This document shows, in pieces, positions 30,601-40,681 of a DNA stretch of 64,000 nt (positions are counted from its first letter, which is position 1; every line of letters begins with the position of its first letter). Position numbers and translations under genes: made by a program. The stretch comes from Candidatus Didemnitutus sp. Lineage in GTDB: Bacteria > Verrucomicrobiota > Verrucomicrobiia > Opitutales > Opitutaceae. Location of the stretch: NCBI GenBank assembly GCA_023701285.1, contig JAMPXH010000005.1:2240-66239 (forward strand), read 5' to 3'. The notes below the pieces were generated by a model. It did not search any database. It was given only the letters and a program-made list of their open reading frames with translations, and was not told where the DNA came from.

Positions 30601-33008
30601 AGCGTGCCGTGGTTGGTGAACTGGTAGTCGAAGGTCTCGCCCGCGACGGCGAGCGTGCCGGCATCGACGTTGAGCGTGCGGCCCGCAGCGTTGGTGAAGT
30701 TGCCCTGCACGGTGAGTTCCGTCTGTTCACCGTCGATCCACATCGCGCCGTGATTTTGGAAATCTTGTGCGAGCGTCTGACGCGCTCCGCCGGCGAGCGC
30801 GAAGTTGCCGTGATTGCTCGCGAGCGTGGCGAGTGCGTCGGACTGACTGCCGCCGTCGGGCTGCCAATGGCTGATGCGCGGGTTCGAGGAAAAGCCGTCG
30901 AGCACGAGCGTGGTGCCCGCGCCAAGGCTCGTGATGCTGCGGCCGGCGGCGCCGTCCGCGCCTTGGTAAAAAATACTGCCGGAAAGCAGGTAGGTGCCGC
31001 CGAGCAATTCGCCCGTGGTGGAGTTGACGTTGAGGAAACCGTTCGCGGCGGTGAGTTGCAGCACGCCGTTGCCGTTCACGTCGAGCGTGGCGGCGGCGCC
31101 GTTCTGAAACGTCGTGGTCGTCAGCGTGCTGTCGAGCGCGACGGTGCCCTGGTTGGTGAAGGCGCGACCTGTGTTTAGATCGGTGCCGAGGCGCAGGGAG
31201 GCTCCGGCGGCGTTGGCCTCGAGCGTCGCAAGCGCATTGCCGTAAGCGGCGTTGCTGCTCGTGCGATTCTGCAGCGAGCCGGTGACGGTGAGGTTGCCGG
31301 CGTTGGTGACGATGCTGCCGCCGGTGTATTTCATTGTGCCGTGGACTTCGAGCGTGCCGCCGGTGAGTTGGCCGTTGGCGTCGACGTTGGTGAAAGTGCC
31401 GGTCTGCAACAGCGCGCCGGTGCCGACCTGGATGTAGCCGTCGTTGGTGAGGCCGGGCGTGCTGAGCTGGTTGGCGTTCTGACCGGTGCCGTTGGCGAGA
31501 ACGAGGGCGCCGCTCGGCGTGACGGTGAGGTGAACTTCGTTGTTGTAGAGACCGCCGTCGGAGAGCCGCAGTTGCCCGGCGAGCGAGGAGGTCGCGAACT
31601 GTCCGACGAGTCCCGGCAAATCGAGAACTTGGTTGGCCTCCAGGTTGCCGACGGTGGGGGCGACGTTCGTCACGCTGCGGCCGATGTAGGTCTGGTTCAG
31701 CGTGGTGTCGGTGATCGTGTGGTTGTTGGAATGAAGAATATTGTAGATCGAGGGCGTGGTGTTCGTCTCTTCGAAGAGCGGGCCGAACGTCACGCTGCCG
31801 AGTCCGCGCAGGGCGAACGCGGCCTTCAGCGCCTCGACCGTGGCGAAGCCGTTCACGAGGAGGCCGAGCTGGTTCTCGAGCTGGGTGGTGAGGAAGAACT
31901 CCGGATAGATCGCGACGTCGCCTTCGGGCTTCGTGAAGGAGATCGGCTGCGAGAGGTCGGTGACGACGAGGCGATTCGTTTCGACGGTGGTGCCGTTGGG
32001 CAAATGGTAGGTCAGCGGGATGCTCGAGCGCAGGATGACGCCGAGGGTGGGGTCGAGTTCGAGTTCCTGCCTGAGCCCGAAGTTCACGCCGATGGCGGTG
32101 CGCAGGAGCATCAGCTCGACGTTGGCGATGCCGGCGACGCTCAGGCGGAGATCGAGCGGGTTGGCGGGCAAGTTGGCTTTCGCCGCGGCGAGACCCGCGA
32201 GGTCGATGCCGAGTCCGAGCAGGCGTTCCTGCTCGGCGGTGATCGCGAGCGAGGAGCCCGAGGTGCCGGCGAGATGCGGCGCCTCGACGGTGATGGTGCC
32301 CACGCGTTTCTGCCACGGATAGACGACGCCGAGAGGACTCGACGGCGTGCGCAGGGAGTGGGTGAAGCCGTTCGTGAAGTCGGCCACCGGCGAGCCGAAG
32401 ATCGAGAGGGTGTTTGCGGCAAACGAGGCGATCGGGATCGTTGTGTCGGTGTTGATGATCTCGAGGCTGCCGCCGAAGCGCTTGAAGATCGCGGCCTCGA
32501 CGCCGACCGTTGCCTGCACGCGCAGCTTGGCGTTGATGTCGAAACCGCCGGAGGCAAAGGTCGACTCCATGTAGGACGAGCCGGGCGTCGGCGCGAGCAA
32601 CTGGTGTTGGATGTTGAGCGAATGCTGGCCCGCCGCGCTGATATTGTCCGGAGCCGTAATGGTCACCTGGTAGGGCAGCGAAACATTCACGTGTCCGGTG
32701 TCGCCAAAGACGTTGATGTTGATGCCGACCTCGCCGCTGGTGGAGCCGTAGACGCGCGCGCCCCAATCGCCGGTCCACGTCGTGTCGATGCTGCCGCTCG
32801 AGCCGCTCTCATTCCACGTGGCGCTGTAGGAATACGTGCTGCTGCCGAAGCTGCCGCCGTTGCCCCACATGTTCACGCCGGTGGCGCTGAAGGTTGGCGT
32901 ATAGGTCACTGCGGTTTGCGCGCGCGCCCATGGCGCTGAACAAAGTGCGAGCACCAAAACGCACGCGAGGAGGCGGGAGGGCGGGAGCTCCCGAGGGGTC
33001 GTGTCCAT
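18648..33008 (-). CDS. Giant (~4,786 aa) PEP-CTERM surface protein with ~30 autotransporter-associated beta-strand repeats
   Basis: Start [10 protein letters not shown] with a signal peptide ending ...WARAQ, repeated LTKxGxGTLTLxGxNTYxGxT units (about 30 counted by eye), and C-terminal [27 protein letters not shown]. There is no autotransporter beta-barrel. Confidence 0.93.
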   Translation of the reverse strand: MDTTPRELPPSRLLACVLVLALCSAPWARAQTAVTYTPTFSATGVNMWGNGGSFGSSTYSYSATWNESGSSGSIDTTWTGDWGARVYGSTSGEVGININVFGDTGHVNVSLPYQVTITAPDNISAAGQHSLNIQHQLLAPTPGSSYMESTFASGGFDINAKLRVQATVGVEAAIFKRFGGSLEIINTDTTIPIASFAANTLSIFGSPVADFTNGFTHSLRTPSSPLGVVYPWQKRVGTITVEAPHLAGTSGSSLAITAEQERLLGLGIDLAGLAAAKANLPANPLDLRLSVAGIANVELMLLRTAIGVNFGLRQELELDPTLGVILRSSIPLTYHLPNGTTVETNRLVVTDLSQPISFTKPEGDVAIYPEFFLTTQLENQLGLLVNGFATVEALKAAFALRGLGSVTFGPLFEETNTTPSIYNILHSNNHTITDTTLNQTYIGRSVTNVAPTVGNLEANQVLDLPGLVGQFATSSLAGQLRLSDGGLYNNEVHLTVTPSGALVLANGTGQNANQLSTPGLTNDGYIQVGTGALLQTGTFTNVDANGQLTGGTLEVHGTMKYTGGSIVTNAGNLTVTGSLQNRTSSNAAYGNALATLEANAAGASLRLGTDLNTGRAFTNQGTVALDSTLTTTTFQNGAAATLDVNGNGVLQLTAANGFLNVNSTTGELLGGTYLLSGSIFYQGADGAAGRSITSLGAGTTLVLDGFSSNPRISHWQPDGGSQSDALATLASNHGNFALAGGARQTLAQDFQNHGAMWIDGEQTELTVQGNFTNAAGRTLNVDAGTLAVAGETFDYQFTNHGTLNLTTDGRIEVDGMLGNFSNVDLDARTATLTGGTWNLGGTVAYGTGETAAPNIREIGAGTTLNVLGGSFYNQFHNQDALTYLAINRGSLFLQSQVLKSVEALTNHSTGLITVTGASGWLGFRNTLTNTGTILIGPGATLSSLGTLTYADASNWSNVAADGTLSGIGNLILAGTLEYKGTPITALAANNTLTLAGDDWRFSRRTGTNTSIDGLTLNSVAGSLILADGALFSTAPDQAFTLQSTGNLTLTDDSGLMVESGATLLAKSGATINNDGIILLQHSGATGAQLGAEGTLTLAGSGSIQFTDSTANQLVDSGGTIINSATHMLLGAGEFRAKLINRGLIESFGASGLLLTHSSGANLTNSGVIRANGSFTYPLVNGEPDLSQPTFTPSLLTIRDVTVTNFEGTTAGRIASHGAMLIANATINGGRVEVATGGTLTLDDATLALAEFDVAPLAQLNIAAGHTTLSATTSASTGFGSTLTLVNSGNVNVPTRLELGGGTVFTNGGSIVLTNGAIIDGTGTLANEGAIRHTDANATATLGTNVQNAAAGVIEIDNAATLRVGGDVANAGDIFVGTSGTTNAGTIAFTGNSTLTGGGEIQLGGRVSTTVGDETTHTWAASGRLTAANGATVALTNTDNTISGAGAIEDVSFVNASGGTIRATAPGSTLLIKPDSGGFTNQGLLRAEASARLEIDTSEGAFTNYANHTLTGGRYEVAGTLAFTGADLHTNAAEITLYSGGQFVNATNGANALANLVTNAATGVLRVSTGTFSTADLFTNHGTLELGEADATNTSSLTAGRLTGNGIIALHGPNTQLTLNGDTGNATYTGNISGSGTLLKSGGATQTFSGNNTFSGGATLAGGTVIAGHNAAFGTGTLTLAGAELRGDGNERTLANAVSVTTNTTIGGNSALTFGGTVTNHTGGDAVLTIANTGNTTFALLQVDPTNTQRSVTLNHTHNVTVGGTASSNGELIKLGSGTLTLAGTGAHAGTHVHAGSVTLASDTALGSGTLTMHAGTLEARTAQNASGTVSLAGDTAITGNAALTIAHLRVDADNPTLTVSNAGSTTFSHVLLPHELNRSLSLVNSGAVTLGNLTGNSTSSTLLKSGSGTLTLSGTNAFLGSTTITEGFLQIATAANLGSGLLTLDGGGLRWSGGNGTPGTRIALGANGGTFDTNGHTVLLSNGISGTSTMTKTGSGQLSLNAANAHSGSFDVQQGTLTVYGAPLVTAGGVHLASGATFDVFMTSATIGALSGSGIFSVIDAPVSVGAGGASSTFDGRILTNSSFTKVGDGTLTLTNATSSFTSTIVSGGTLRLGAANILPQSSLTLNYDGALDLNGHSTTFAQLASDFSTTRILLGDATLTLEDFTNNIFNGVISGTGGFTKTGSAELRLGNQHTYTGATSLANGTLELGTNYVLPEASAVSLGQNATLKLIGTTQNIHSLTGGGTIALSSGELEISGNATTTYSGTITGVAGRLEKSGSGSLTLTANNTYTGGTTLSSGTLVLAHDSALGSGQLTLRNGTLATSIAPRTLANTVALDGDVTLAGSHLLTLSGATALSSNSTLSVGASGAVLSGAITDGFGASYGLTKSGAGSLTLSGDNAFDGGVTLTDGTLVAAHDNALGTGTLRIEGGTFQTSGDRTLQNAIGLGTNLAVSGSSNVTLAGNIAPIEATAAGIVKTGSGALTLSGANTYTGNTTVSGGQLVIGHSDALGTGTLVVDGGTLRSNHGSHAVANNVELNASTTLTTTTDLALSGEISGTGALTKNGEGDLTLSGANTYSGGTAVSLGVVTVAHDSAFGTGAVNFNGGDLHAGGTGGRTIANDLTFTNHTDIGGTTQLTLSGDIAGAGILLKRDANTLVLTGNNSFNGLLAYGGLVEFGSLANLGSGNIGLQGGGLRWASGTTTDVSSRLGGEIAAGATFDTNGNDVQLSTNFTGTLANGAAFTKAGAGTLTLTGTNTFTGDVRLLDGTLALASDRALNDNRLVAAGGALLAAGAARSHAGNIWLDGNLRVGGAENLTLSGVVADGQRGFGLIKVGSGTLTLSGENFHYGMRLEDGVLIGTNVYAFGNTFIDLAGGELRGAGTLNTVYNRVTLSGNAAIGGTKDLNFIGDISGTNANATLTKTGTHTLTLSGNNTYAGDTRLESGTLVAGSDGAFGTGTLHLAGGTLQGNGSARTLTNAVAISSPSIGFGGTSDLTFTGQLLNQSGSDVTLNFANIASLSFGGAQLSDSATSRTFTIAGSGQIAFTGVVENGGTSTNGALVKTGAGTLALSGNNTYSGGTTLQAGILALGHAHALGTGGLRIEGGELRATGSPVSVANSVLLRNSAVIGGDTALTLSGNFTHDTDGATSRTLTVTNSSMTALAGNVLLSNTAQAGTLALANSGTVLISGVISDGTAAGGGLAKSGAGVLALSGVNTFTGGTTATGGFIQFASLSNFGTGSLTLNGGGVQWAADTNVDVSPRLNALGASGGAFHTNGNDVTLAGAISGTGALTKAGDGILALTGTNTYAGGTHVTGGLVEFGSLANLGSGDLTLNGGGLRWASGSTADLSSRNLSLGAAGGSIDSNGNNISLTNVGGNGGLTKIGAGVLTLSGSNSYSGGTTIAGGTLAIANEAAIGGSSAGLTLAGGTLQANASFSRWGNLAVTANGGTLHVATAGHDLQLWGVTSGSGEITKTGDGELSLENISNTFAGTWRIAGGLLDVSDDRALGASAANLVFAGGNLITYGITSSRAIELTSDATFATRGQFNEVILNGPITGTGGLTLNHGLFTLNGTNTYSGGTVVNGTVEFGDAASLGTGDIVVNGILRWGEGNTGDISARLAPLASGYTSLDLNGNEITFASAITRANPATTDHGRLFVSGGGVLTLLGSNTHAQTIVSNSTVAVGHDAALGETGAAVDLTNGAFVRMTEAFATTRPLYTWNGGVDVVEGVTATWSGRITAGPGDSAGYFLKRGAGTLVIDADNAINVLTVQGGVLRADSADALSGLGVLSIEQGATLETPHERLNLYNGFTGAGTLDFGSSGFGFVYGYQSFFGQLRGSGTISFGGEGSTSLMSAGAIQAPVVINSDSGDNTSPQATVVVQADGVMSAAHAVTINAGARLDLRKTVNSIGTLSGDGRIDLNTFTTERVTSLTINQAADTAFTGTIYGYGHLTKSGQSTLTLAANQQFYGNTAITDGTLSLSAASALGLDTTATLLVNGGTLHASESFSLSGRPVELGADGATFAIDAAKTLNAGVLSGAGSLTKTGSGTLTLTGTQTYTGGTLISSGTLTLSLATVVGDIVNHGLLTTSGNNLVLANHISGTGAFFKGAGNISLTGTNTYTGTTTIQGGILQIGNGGTTGSIVGNVIFTGPNPTLRFNRSDDLTYAGVISSPGGATNISTGEFIPQTGNLSKRGAGTLTLTGANTFTGVTTVEAGMLAIGADAALGTAPTNATAGRLVLNGGALAAFESFALDARRGITLGANHGELRTFEDKALTYDGIIAGVGALTKSGDGVLALGGANTFSGGIHVNAGTLAIAADTALGNASGAITFGGGALRATADFTSARNVTLNAGGGAFETAADVTLAWSGNISGAAGNHLTKLGAGTLILGGTNTYAGDTFVNAGTLRLGIADALSPHTTLHVASGANFDANGFALALGGLSGDGALDTGSAGLAVAPTGTNTFTGQLSGAGGLVLDGPGMLILGNANTFSGGVTLSQGTLRLAAAGALPHSAPVNIAADATLEVAEHSATVGRLEGSGNVALNQASLTVAQNTDSNFTGSIAGDGGLVKTGTGVLALGGTHTYSGETEVTGGELKLTGTVANSAFTVAGGTLSGTGTTGALTIANGGTFAPGNSPGTLHSGNTTWAGGGNYLWEINDATGSAGSDPGWDFANINGVLSLTATAESKFTLQLVSLTLANTAGFAANFNPAENYSFTIASASGGITGFNSSYFAINASGFTNALNGGTWSVAQNGQNVDLVFTAIPEPSTYAALLGLAALALAGWRRTRRR

Positions 33009-33050
33009 GCCGCTAGTTTGCGATAGGAGTATCCGCCGCACGACGGAGCG

Positions 33051-33080
33051 GTGACGAGCTACGCACGCTTTGTGACGAGC
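33051..33080 (-). promoter_or_regulatory. Candidate LytTR operator: 9-bp perfect direct repeat with 12-bp spacer
   Basis: GTGACGAGC at 33051-33059 and 33072-33080 (GCTCGTCAC on the minus strand), 43-72 bp upstream of the giant gene ATG and just downstream of the LytTR gene. Confidence 0.7.
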
Positions 33081-33126
33081 GACGCCGTCATGCTGTAAAA
33101 TCCGAGGATTTCGGCCAAACTTCGGC

Positions 33127-33870
33127 TCAGTTCGGCAGGGGCGGGCCGAGATGCGCGCGCAACTCAGGCAAGTGATTGCGACTGACCGGCACGGGCTCGC
33201 GGACGCCGGCGACGCGCAATTCGGCGGTCTCGCGTGTGTCGCGGCGATGGCTTTCGATCGCCGCCAGGTTGACGAGCGCCTGTCGATGCGCGCGCTTGAA
33301 ATGCTCGGGCGGCAGGGCGTCTTCCCAACTCTTGAGCGTGCGGCGCGTGAGCAATCGCTCGCCATTGCGCAGCAGCACGTCGGAATAATTTTCGTTGGAA
33401 AAAATCGCGCTGATCTGTGCGAGCGGCACGAAGCGGTCGCCGGCGTCGGTGCGCACGAGCACGGTGTCGTCGCCGCACCACGCGGGCGGAGGAGCGCTCG
33501 CCGCGCTCAGTGCACCCGGCGCGGCGGTGAGCTTTGCCAGCGCGGCCGCGAAACGAGCGGTTGCGACCGGCTTCAACAGGTAATCGAGCGCGTTGACCTC
33601 AAAGGCGCGCAGCGCGAAGCGATCGTAGGCGGTGACAAAAATGATCCGCGCGCCCGGAGCGACGTGAGGCACCAATTCGAAGCCATTGCCGCCGACGAGC
33701 TGCACGTCGAGGAACACGAGATCGTAATCCGCGGTGGCGAGCCGCGCGCGGGCCCGGGCGAAAGTGGCGGCCTCGCCGACGACCGTGTAGCCCGCGTGAG
33801 CAGACAGGAGCCAGCGCAGCTCGTCGCGGGCGGCGGATTCATCGTCGATGAGAAGCGTGCGCGTCGTCAT
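33127..33870 (-). CDS. LytTR-family response regulator
   Basis: REC domain (IDDE, FLDVQ, TAYD, YLLKP) plus a LytTR domain (LLTRRTLKSWE...FKRAHRQALVN). Confidence 0.95.
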   Translation of the reverse strand: MTTRTLLIDDESAARDELRWLLSAHAGYTVVGEAATFARARARLATADYDLVFLDVQLVGGNGFELVPHVAPGARIIFVTAYDRFALRAFEVNALDYLLKPVATARFAAALAKLTAAPGALSAASAPPPAWCGDDTVLVRTDAGDRFVPLAQISAIFSNENYSDVLLRNGERLLTRRTLKSWEDALPPEHFKRAHRQALVNLAAIESHRRDTRETAELRVAGVREPVPVSRNHLPELRAHLGPPLPN

Positions 33871-36800
33871 GGGAGGCGCTGCGGGATGCGGAGGTGGATG
33901 CGCACCCAGCCGTCGTCATGGGTGACGCGAAATTCGTGTTTTCCCGGATAGTAGCGTCCCAAGCGCTGGCGCAAATTTTCCAGGCCGATGCCGTGCGAAG
34001 GCGCTGAATGCGCGCCCGGTTCCAGCCACTCGCCCGTGTTTGCGACCTCGATTTCGACCGTGTCGTCGGTGCCGCCGCGCACGGTGAGGCGAACGCCGAG
34101 TCGCTCGGCGCTCGTGGCCGTGCCGTATTTCACGGCGTTCTCGACCAGCGGCAGGAGGAGAAACGGCGGGATGCGCACGTCGCGCACGGTGTCGTCGGAG
34201 ACGATTTCGACGCTCATCAATTCGCCGAGACGGGCCTGTTCGATCTCGAGGTAGGCTGCGAGCTGCTTCAGTTCCTGCCCGACCGTCATCTCCGTTTCCT
34301 CGTGGCCGGGACGATGCAACGTGAGCCGGCAAAAGTCCGCGAGGCGCACGACCATCTCGCGCGCGGCGGACGGTTCGCGCATGATCTGCGCGCAGACGGA
34401 GTTGAGCGCGTTGAAGAGAAAATGCGGATTCAGCTGATAGCGGAGCACCTCGAGGCGCGCCTTTTCCTCGGCGAGGCGGGCGGATGTTTTCTCATCGAGT
34501 TCGAGTTGGTGAAGCCGGGCGAGTTCCTGGTTTTGGCGGTGCAACTCCTGCGTGCGCGCGGCGACCGCGGCTTCGAGTTGTTCGTTGCGGCGGCGCAGCG
34601 CCCGCAAACGGATGCGGATATAGAGCGCCACAAGCAGCGCGAAGAGCGCGACGTAGCCGGCGAGCGCGAGCGGCGAGAGCCACCACGGCGGCGAGATCGC
34701 AAACTGCAACTGCGCCTCCTCGCTCAGCCGGCCGGACAAATCCCGCGCTTGCACGCGAAACACGAAGCTGCGGTAGGGCAGGTTGGTGAAGTCGCGGTGC
34801 GTGGCCGGCGACCAGTCGCTCCATTGTTGGTCGAGACCATCGAGCCGCGTGCGGTAGAGCGTCGCGGTCCGCCCCCGATAATCGGGGCGGTAGGTCGGTG
34901 CGGCGAAGCGCACGTGGAGCGCGCTGTGTTCTGCGGGCAGCGTCGCACGCCCGCTTGACGCCGGATCGAGCAACGCCGGGCCTTCCGGCGCGTGCACGCC
35001 GCGGATGGTCACGTGCAACGGCGGCGCTTCGCGCGCAGGGCGCCACTCCAGGCCGACGGAAACCAGCGCGCCCTGACCGGCGAGCCACAAGGTGTGCGTG
35101 GCGGAATCGGCGTAGAGGCCGTTGCTCACCAGCGTCGCCAGCGGCGCAGTCGGAATCACCTCGGCGCGCCAGCGATCCGGCGCGATTGGCACCAAGCGCA
35201 CGAGTTCGCGCGCGGGCGGGCCAAGCCGCAGCCAGAGCTGCCCGGCGGCATCGTGGCTCGCCTCCGTGGCGCCGAGCACGCGCGCATCGATGCCCTCCAC
35301 GCGATCTTCCGGCACAAAGCGATCGCTCGCGGAGTCGTAACGCAGCAACCCCTGGGCCGAACTCACGATGAGCGAGTCGCCCAAGGTGAACAGCAGCGGC
35401 TCGTCGCGCCGCCGGGTGAGTCTGAGCCCGTCGGTTTCGCCATAGGCGCGCACGGGTGCATCGAGGCGGGCGCCGCGGCGGAAATCGATGCGCCAGACCG
35501 CTCCGGACGGGTTGACGGCCCACACAAAACCGTCGGCCGTTTCCAGCAGATGCACGATTGGTCCGGGCACATCGGCGAACCGGCCGATCACTCGCACCGA
35601 GTCGCCGTTCCACATGTCGAGCCACACGCCGCTGGTGTTGCCGCCGACGAGCAAGGCGGGGTCGTTGCGCAGGGTGATTATCGGCTGCAGCGCTTGGCGG
35701 ACGAGGGGGCGCAGCGAGTCATCGGGCAGCACTTCGCGCAAGGCGCCGGAAGTGACGAGCAGGCGGCCGCGAGCCTCGATGAGCCGGTTGGTGCCGAGCC
35801 GCATGCCCGGAATTTCGCGAAACGTCCCCTCGGGAGTCGAGACGGCGAGACCTTCGTTGTGTCCGACGTAGAGCTTTCCGGCGTGACGCAGGAGCGAGCG
35901 AGGTCCGCCTTCGAGACCCTGGGCTGCGCCATGCAAGGCGAACGGGCTGTCGAGTTGCACGCGTGCGAGGCCGGTGCGCGATGCCAGCCAGAGTCCGCCC
36001 TCGGCATCTTCCGTCAGCCAATCAATCCGGTTGCCGGGCAAACCGTGGCGCCGATCGATGCGCCGGACGAGGCGGCCGGCCCCGTCGAAGACCAGCAGGC
36101 CGTCCCGAACGGTGGCGCATGCATAGCCGCCATTCGCAAGCGCCGCCGCCGCGGTGATCTGGCTGTTGCTGATTTCCGGCGGCAGCGGCACGGTGAGTGT
36201 CGCTTGGGCTGCGCCGCGCTTCGTGGCGAGCAGGCCGCGGTTGGTGGCGAGGAGCAGTTCGTCCGGGGTGAGGGCGGCATGTCCGTAGACAATGCGATTG
36301 GCGCCGACTTCCGGATCCGGCACCGCGAGCGGGAACTCCGGCGGCGCGAGTTCGCTCCCGGCGATGCGATGCACCGAACCGTTGTTCAAGGCCACGTGCA
36401 GCGAGCCGTCCATCGTCCACAGGCTCGTGACGGTGGCGTCGTTGATCGGGAGCACGAATGGTGCGCCGTCCCGGGGGAAAACGAACAGGGTGCGCGCATT
36501 GGCGAATGCGACGGCGTCATTGGTCGCGGCCGCGAAGGCGACACTGCCGACAGCGCGTCCCGCAGCGGGCAGGCGCTCGCGCTGCGAGTGCGCGCGGAGC
36601 ATGCCGTGCGCGTCGGGTTCGAGCCGTGCGATATCGTCGCCCGCCGCCCAGACCGTGCCAGTCGTGTCGACGATCACGGTGCGCACGCGACCCTCGTTGG
36701 CCGTTTCGATCAGCCTCCACGCTGCACCGTCGTATTCGAGGACGCCGAAGTTGTTCGCCGCATAAATGAAGTGCGACGCCGGGTGCTGCACGATCTGCCA

Positions 36801-36995
36801 ATTCACAGGCGCGCCGCCGTATTCCTCGGCCGCCCACACGCGCAGAAACGGCGTGCCCGTGAGCTGCGGGTCGCGGACTTCGGCGGCGGTCAGCGCCGCC
36901 GCGAGCCCGAGCAGGCCGGCGACCCACCGCAACACGGGGCAAATTCGAAGCAGGGGCACGGAGTTCGAGTCAGGCGAACCGCATCGCAGCCGCAA
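33867..36995 (-). CDS. LytS-type sensor kinase with extracytoplasmic beta-propeller and Y_Y_Y domain
   Basis: Propeller repeats (EDAEGGLWLAS), Y_Y_Y region (YRTRLDGLDQQWS...FTNLPYRSFVFRVQA), a TM helix, LRYQLNPHFLFNALNS, LVENAVKYG and GIGLENL. The start is uncertain (36995 TTG or 36959 GTG). Confidence 0.92.
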   Translation of the reverse strand: MRLRCGSPDSNSVPLLRICPVLRWVAGLLGLAAALTAAEVRDPQLTGTPFLRVWAAEEYGGAPVNWQIVQHPASHFIYAANNFGVLEYDGAAWRLIETANEGRVRTVIVDTTGTVWAAGDDIARLEPDAHGMLRAHSQRERLPAAGRAVGSVAFAAATNDAVAFANARTLFVFPRDGAPFVLPINDATVTSLWTMDGSLHVALNNGSVHRIAGSELAPPEFPLAVPDPEVGANRIVYGHAALTPDELLLATNRGLLATKRGAAQATLTVPLPPEISNSQITAAAALANGGYACATVRDGLLVFDGAGRLVRRIDRRHGLPGNRIDWLTEDAEGGLWLASRTGLARVQLDSPFALHGAAQGLEGGPRSLLRHAGKLYVGHNEGLAVSTPEGTFREIPGMRLGTNRLIEARGRLLVTSGALREVLPDDSLRPLVRQALQPIITLRNDPALLVGGNTSGVWLDMWNGDSVRVIGRFADVPGPIVHLLETADGFVWAVNPSGAVWRIDFRRGARLDAPVRAYGETDGLRLTRRRDEPLLFTLGDSLIVSSAQGLLRYDSASDRFVPEDRVEGIDARVLGATEASHDAAGQLWLRLGPPARELVRLVPIAPDRWRAEVIPTAPLATLVSNGLYADSATHTLWLAGQGALVSVGLEWRPAREAPPLHVTIRGVHAPEGPALLDPASSGRATLPAEHSALHVRFAAPTYRPDYRGRTATLYRTRLDGLDQQWSDWSPATHRDFTNLPYRSFVFRVQARDLSGRLSEEAQLQFAISPPWWLSPLALAGYVALFALLVALYIRIRLRALRRRNEQLEAAVAARTQELHRQNQELARLHQLELDEKTSARLAEEKARLEVLRYQLNPHFLFNALNSVCAQIMREPSAAREMVVRLADFCRLTLHRPGHEETEMTVGQELKQLAAYLEIEQARLGELMSVEIVSDDTVRDVRIPPFLLLPLVENAVKYGTATSAERLGVRLTVRGGTDDTVEIEVANTGEWLEPGAHSAPSHGIGLENLRQRLGRYYPGKHEFRVTHDDGWVRIHLRIPQRLP

Positions 36996-37017
36996 GAGCG
37001 TTTCCGGCCTGTCCGCG

Positions 37018-37677
37018 TCAGATCACGGGGTAGCGGGGTGATTCGAGCGCGGCGATGCGGGCGAAGATGCGGTCGCTCGCAATCTGGTAGCGCTCCTTGC
37101 CGGCGCTCGGGTCGTCGTATTCCGCGGCCGTGATCGGCCGGCCGAAGACGACGTCGACGCGCGTGCCGAAACGCGGGAACTTCGCGCCCTTGCCGAAGGC
37201 TTCGAACGAGCCGTAAATGCGCGCCGGCACGACGGGCGCGCCGGTCTTGCAGGCCATCAGGCCCACGCCCGCCTTCGGCTTTTGCAGGTGGCCGTCGGGC
37301 GACCGCGTGCCTTCGGGGAAGAGAATGATCCCGCGGTTGTCGTGCAGCGCTTGCAGGACCTTGCGGATGGCTCCGACGTCGCCGCTGTCGCGGTCGACCG
37401 GAATGCATTCCACCCGGTCGAGCCACCAGCTGAAGACCTTGCCGTTCCACAGCGTCTTGCGCGCGAAGGGGCGCATCTGGCGCGGCACCTGGCAGCCGAC
37501 GAACGGCGGATCGAGGTGGCTGGCGTGGTTCGCCGCGACGAGGAACGGTCCGTTGGTGGGGATGTGTTCCAGCCCGGCCACTTCGCCGCGGAACCAGGCG
37601 TCGTGGCAGCCCTTCACCACATAATGGAAGAAGCCGTAGAACGGAGTCATCCGCGGTCGCTCGGGAGTGCAGGCCAT
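37018..37677 (-). CDS. plsC: 1-acyl-sn-glycerol-3-phosphate acyltransferase
   Basis: NHASHLD and FPEGTRS motifs; start at 37677 or 37650. Confidence 0.92.
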   Translation of the reverse strand: MACTPERPRMTPFYGFFHYVVKGCHDAWFRGEVAGLEHIPTNGPFLVAANHASHLDPPFVGCQVPRQMRPFARKTLWNGKVFSWWLDRVECIPVDRDSGDVGAIRKVLQALHDNRGIILFPEGTRSPDGHLQKPKAGVGLMACKTGAPVVPARIYGSFEAFGKGAKFPRFGTRVDVVFGRPITAAEYDDPSAGKERYQIASDRIFARIAALESPRYPVI

Positions 37678-37688
37678 GGCGGGGTGGC

Positions 37689-38354
37689 TCAGGACAATTT
37701 TCCCTGGATCAGGGCGGACATCTTCTCGACCACCTGATCGAGCGTCAGGTGGGTGCTGTCGATGTCGATGGCGCCGGGCGGGCAATGCAGCGGCGCGGTT
37801 TTGCGCGAGGAGTCGAGCTGGTCGCGGGTCGCGATCGAGTCCTGCCGGCCCTCGGCGGCGCGGCGCTTGGCGCGCTCGGCCGGATCGGCGTGGAGGAAGA
37901 AGCGCAGCGTCGCGTCCGGGAAGATGACGGAGCCGATGTCGCGGCCCTCCATCACCAGCCCGCGGAAACCCTGGGCGCGCGCGACGTCGACCTGGCCGCG
38001 CTGGTAGCCGAGCAGCGCGTGGCGCACCTCGGGGATGGCGGCGTAGTGGGAGACGTGGGCGTTGATGTGCTCGCCGCGGATCTCGTCGCCGGCCGGCTGG
38101 CCGTCGATGAGCATGCGCGCAGACCGGCCTTCGAGCCGGGTGGAGAAGCGCAGCGCGCCGAGCGCGTGCTGCAACGCGGGCAGATCGGTGTGCAGCACGC
38201 CGCGGCGCAGGAGCTCCGCCGTGATGTGCCGGTAGAACGAACCCGTGTCGACGTGCAGCAGGTTGAACCGGTCGGCAAGGATGCGCGAACTCGAGGACTT
38301 GCCCGAGGCGGCGCCTCCGTCGATGGCGATGATGAGGAACGGCGATTGGCCCAT
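37689..38354 (-). CDS. cmk: Cytidylate kinase
   Basis: IAIDGGAASGKSS, VDTGSFYR and VMEGRDIGSVIFPDA. Confidence 0.93.
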   Translation of the reverse strand: MGQSPFLIIAIDGGAASGKSSSSRILADRFNLLHVDTGSFYRHITAELLRRGVLHTDLPALQHALGALRFSTRLEGRSARMLIDGQPAGDEIRGEHINAHVSHYAAIPEVRHALLGYQRGQVDVARAQGFRGLVMEGRDIGSVIFPDATLRFFLHADPAERAKRRAAEGRQDSIATRDQLDSSRKTAPLHCPPGAIDIDSTHLTLDQVVEKMSALIQGKLS

Positions 38355-38361
38355 GCGTGGC

Positions 38362-39702
38362 TCAATGTGAGCCAGCGTGCAGGCGGGCCAGCAAGTCAAA
38401 GAATGCGGGGAATGTCTTGGCGCACACGCCGGGGTCCTTGATCGCGAGCCAGGGCCGGCCGTCGCGGTGCAGGTCGTGGCAGCCGAGGATGCCGAAACTC
38501 ATCGCGAACCGGTGATCGCCATACGTCTCGATCTCGACGTCCGGGCGCAGCGGTTGCGGATGCACCTCGAGGCTGTCCTCCGTCTCGATCACCTGCTGGC
38601 CGAGGCGGCGCAGCTCGGCGGCGGCGCCTGCGACGCGGTCCGTCTCCTGCTTGCGCGTGTGGGCGATGCCGGTGATGCGCGTCGGGCCGCTGAGGAGAGG
38701 CGTCAGTGCCGCCAGCGTAAGAAAGGTGTCGGAGAACGGACCGAAATCGGCCGTCACACCCGCGCGGCCTGATTCGCGGTCCCATTGCGCGACGAGGCCC
38801 TCGGGCGTGCGCGTGAACTTCACGCCGACCGCGCGCAGCACCTCGGTGAACCGGATATCGCCCTGCAGGCTTTCCCCGGCCGGGCGCAGGCCGGCGAGCG
38901 TCAGCCTGCCGCCCGTGACCAGCGGCAGGGCCAGCAGGTAGCTGGCGGCGCTGGCATCGGGCTCGACCGCGTAAGTGTCGCCCGCGAGCCGGTAGGGGTG
39001 CGGCGCCTGCACTCGGAAACGGCCGGGCTCGGGCTGGTCCACCGCGGGCTGGCCGAATTGCTCCATCATGCGTGCCGTGAGTTGCACGAAGGGCAGGCGC
39101 ACGGAGCCGACCGTCGCCAATTCGAGCGGGGCGCGCGCCAGCGGCGCGGCCATCAGCACGGCGGAAAGGAACTGGCTGCTCTCCTGCGCATCCACCGCGA
39201 CGCGGCCGCCGCGCAGGCCGCGCGCGTGGATCTCGACCGGCAGATGGCCTTCCGCGCCGAGGCAGCGCACCTCCGCACCGAGTTCGTGCAGCGCCGCGAG
39301 CACGCCGCGCATCGGGCGCTCGCGCATGCGCGCGGTGCCGTCGACGACATAGACGCCCTGGGGCGCGGCGGCGCAGAGCGCGGTGAGGAAGCGCGCCGCG
39401 GTGCCGGCAAGTCCGGTGAAAATCTCCGTGCGCGCGGCGCGCAGGCCGTTTTCCTGGCCGCTCACGCGGAGCGTGCGCGCGCCGCTGTTCGCCTCGACCG
39501 TGAAACCGAGCGCGCGCAGCGCGTCGACCATGATCCGCGAGTCGTCGCTGAACAGCGCGTCGGTGAGCGTGACCGGGTGCGGGCAGAGCGCCGCGAGCAG
39601 CAGCGCGCGGTTGGTGATGCTCTTCGAGCCCGGCGGCATGACTTCGCCGCGAACCGGTCGCGTGAAGGGACGGATGGGAAGCAGGGGAGGCAGGGAAGTC
39701 AC
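38362..39702 (-). CDS. aroA: 3-phosphoshikimate 1-carboxyvinyltransferase (EPSP synthase)
   Basis: PGSKSITNRALL, RPM, SSQFLS, KQETDR, DHRFAMSF and KTFP; GTG start inferred. Confidence 0.95.
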   Translation of the reverse strand: MTSLPPLLPIRPFTRPVRGEVMPPGSKSITNRALLLAALCPHPVTLTDALFSDDSRIMVDALRALGFTVEANSGARTLRVSGQENGLRAARTEIFTGLAGTAARFLTALCAAAPQGVYVVDGTARMRERPMRGVLAALHELGAEVRCLGAEGHLPVEIHARGLRGGRVAVDAQESSQFLSAVLMAAPLARAPLELATVGSVRLPFVQLTARMMEQFGQPAVDQPEPGRFRVQAPHPYRLAGDTYAVEPDASAASYLLALPLVTGGRLTLAGLRPAGESLQGDIRFTEVLRAVGVKFTRTPEGLVAQWDRESGRAGVTADFGPFSDTFLTLAALTPLLSGPTRITGIAHTRKQETDRVAGAAAELRRLGQQVIETEDSLEVHPQPLRPDVEIETYGDHRFAMSFGILGCHDLHRDGRPWLAIKDPGVCAKTFPAFFDLLARLHAGSH

Positions 39703-39727
39703 GAAAGAGGGCAGGGGCCGGGCGCGC

Positions 39728-40585
39728 TCACGGCGCCGGGCGGAATTGGTCGCGGTAGGCGCGGCCGCGCTCGAGGATCGCCTGCACCTCGAACCAATCG
39801 CGGTTGGCCAGCGCGCGTTCCATGCCGTGCAACTCCTCCTGGTAGGCGCGCAGGGCCCGCAGCACTTCATCGCGGTTCTGTTCGAGGATGGTTTTCCAGA
39901 GCTGCGCGTCGCTGCCGGCGATGCGGGTCGTGTCGCGCAGACCGCCGCCGGCGAAGTTGCGCCAGCCGGCGTGGCGCCTGGCCAGGGCGGCGCAGAGCGT
40001 CGAAGCCAGCACCTGCGGCAGGTGGCTGATGTGCGCCACGATCTCGTCGTGCACATCCGGCGCCACGCTGGCGACCTCGGCCCCGAGCGCTTGCCAGAAA
40101 GCGGCGACCGCCGTGGCGGCGGCGGGATCGGTCTCGTCCGGCCGCGGCGTGACGAACACCGTGCGGCGGGCGAACAAATCGGCCCGGCCGTGCTCCCAGC
40201 CGGTCTTCTCGGAACCGGCCATCGGATGCGAGCCGACGAAGCGCGCGCGCGCGCCCAGCGCGGCGGCGGCGAGCCGGCAAATCTCGGCCTTGACGCTGCC
40301 GACGTCCGTGACGATCGCGCCCGGAGGCAGCGCCGGCGCGATTTCCTGCACGAGCGGCACGATGCGGTCCACCGGCGGGCAGACGACGACGAGCGCGGCC
40401 TCGCGCACGGCCTCGCCGGGCGTGTCCGCGACCGCGTCGAGCCAGGTCTCGCGCTGCAGCGCGAGGCGGACTTCCGGCCGGCGGGCCCACACCGTGATGT
40501 GCTGCGCCGCGCCGAAATGCCGTGCCGCCCGGGCGACGGAGGCACCGAGCAGACCGGGGGCGAGGATGGCGAGCCGGACGGGCAT
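39728..40585 (-). CDS. tyrA: Prephenate/arogenate dehydrogenase
   Basis: Rossmann-like GLLGAS, TDVGSVK, FVGSHPMAGSE, HDEIVAHISHLPQ and RDTTRIA. Confidence 0.92.
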   Translation of the reverse strand: MPVRLAILAPGLLGASVARAARHFGAAQHITVWARRPEVRLALQRETWLDAVADTPGEAVREAALVVVCPPVDRIVPLVQEIAPALPPGAIVTDVGSVKAEICRLAAAALGARARFVGSHPMAGSEKTGWEHGRADLFARRTVFVTPRPDETDPAAATAVAAFWQALGAEVASVAPDVHDEIVAHISHLPQVLASTLCAALARRHAGWRNFAGGGLRDTTRIAGSDAQLWKTILEQNRDEVLRALRAYQEELHGMERALANRDWFEVQAILERGRAYRDQFRPAP

Positions 40586-40681
40586 GAGGCCACGAAAACG
40601 CCTCGTCATCGCATGTCGAGCCCGGGACCATGCAAACGCATTGCCATGACACGCAATCCCCGTTGCACTATGCCAATACCC

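Noticed and set aside
18648-33008. Classical type V autotransporter
   Set aside because: The C-terminus is a PEP-CTERM/TM/Arg-rich tail rather than a beta-barrel ending in an aromatic residue.
33009-33365. Longer start for the giant gene (4905 aa)
   Set aside because: It overlaps the LytTR gene and the operator; the signal peptide begins at Met 33008.
39383-40681. N-terminal 433 aa of the 974-aa ORF
   Set aside because: Antisense to tyrA/aroA; coding-like sequence starts at ~40682.
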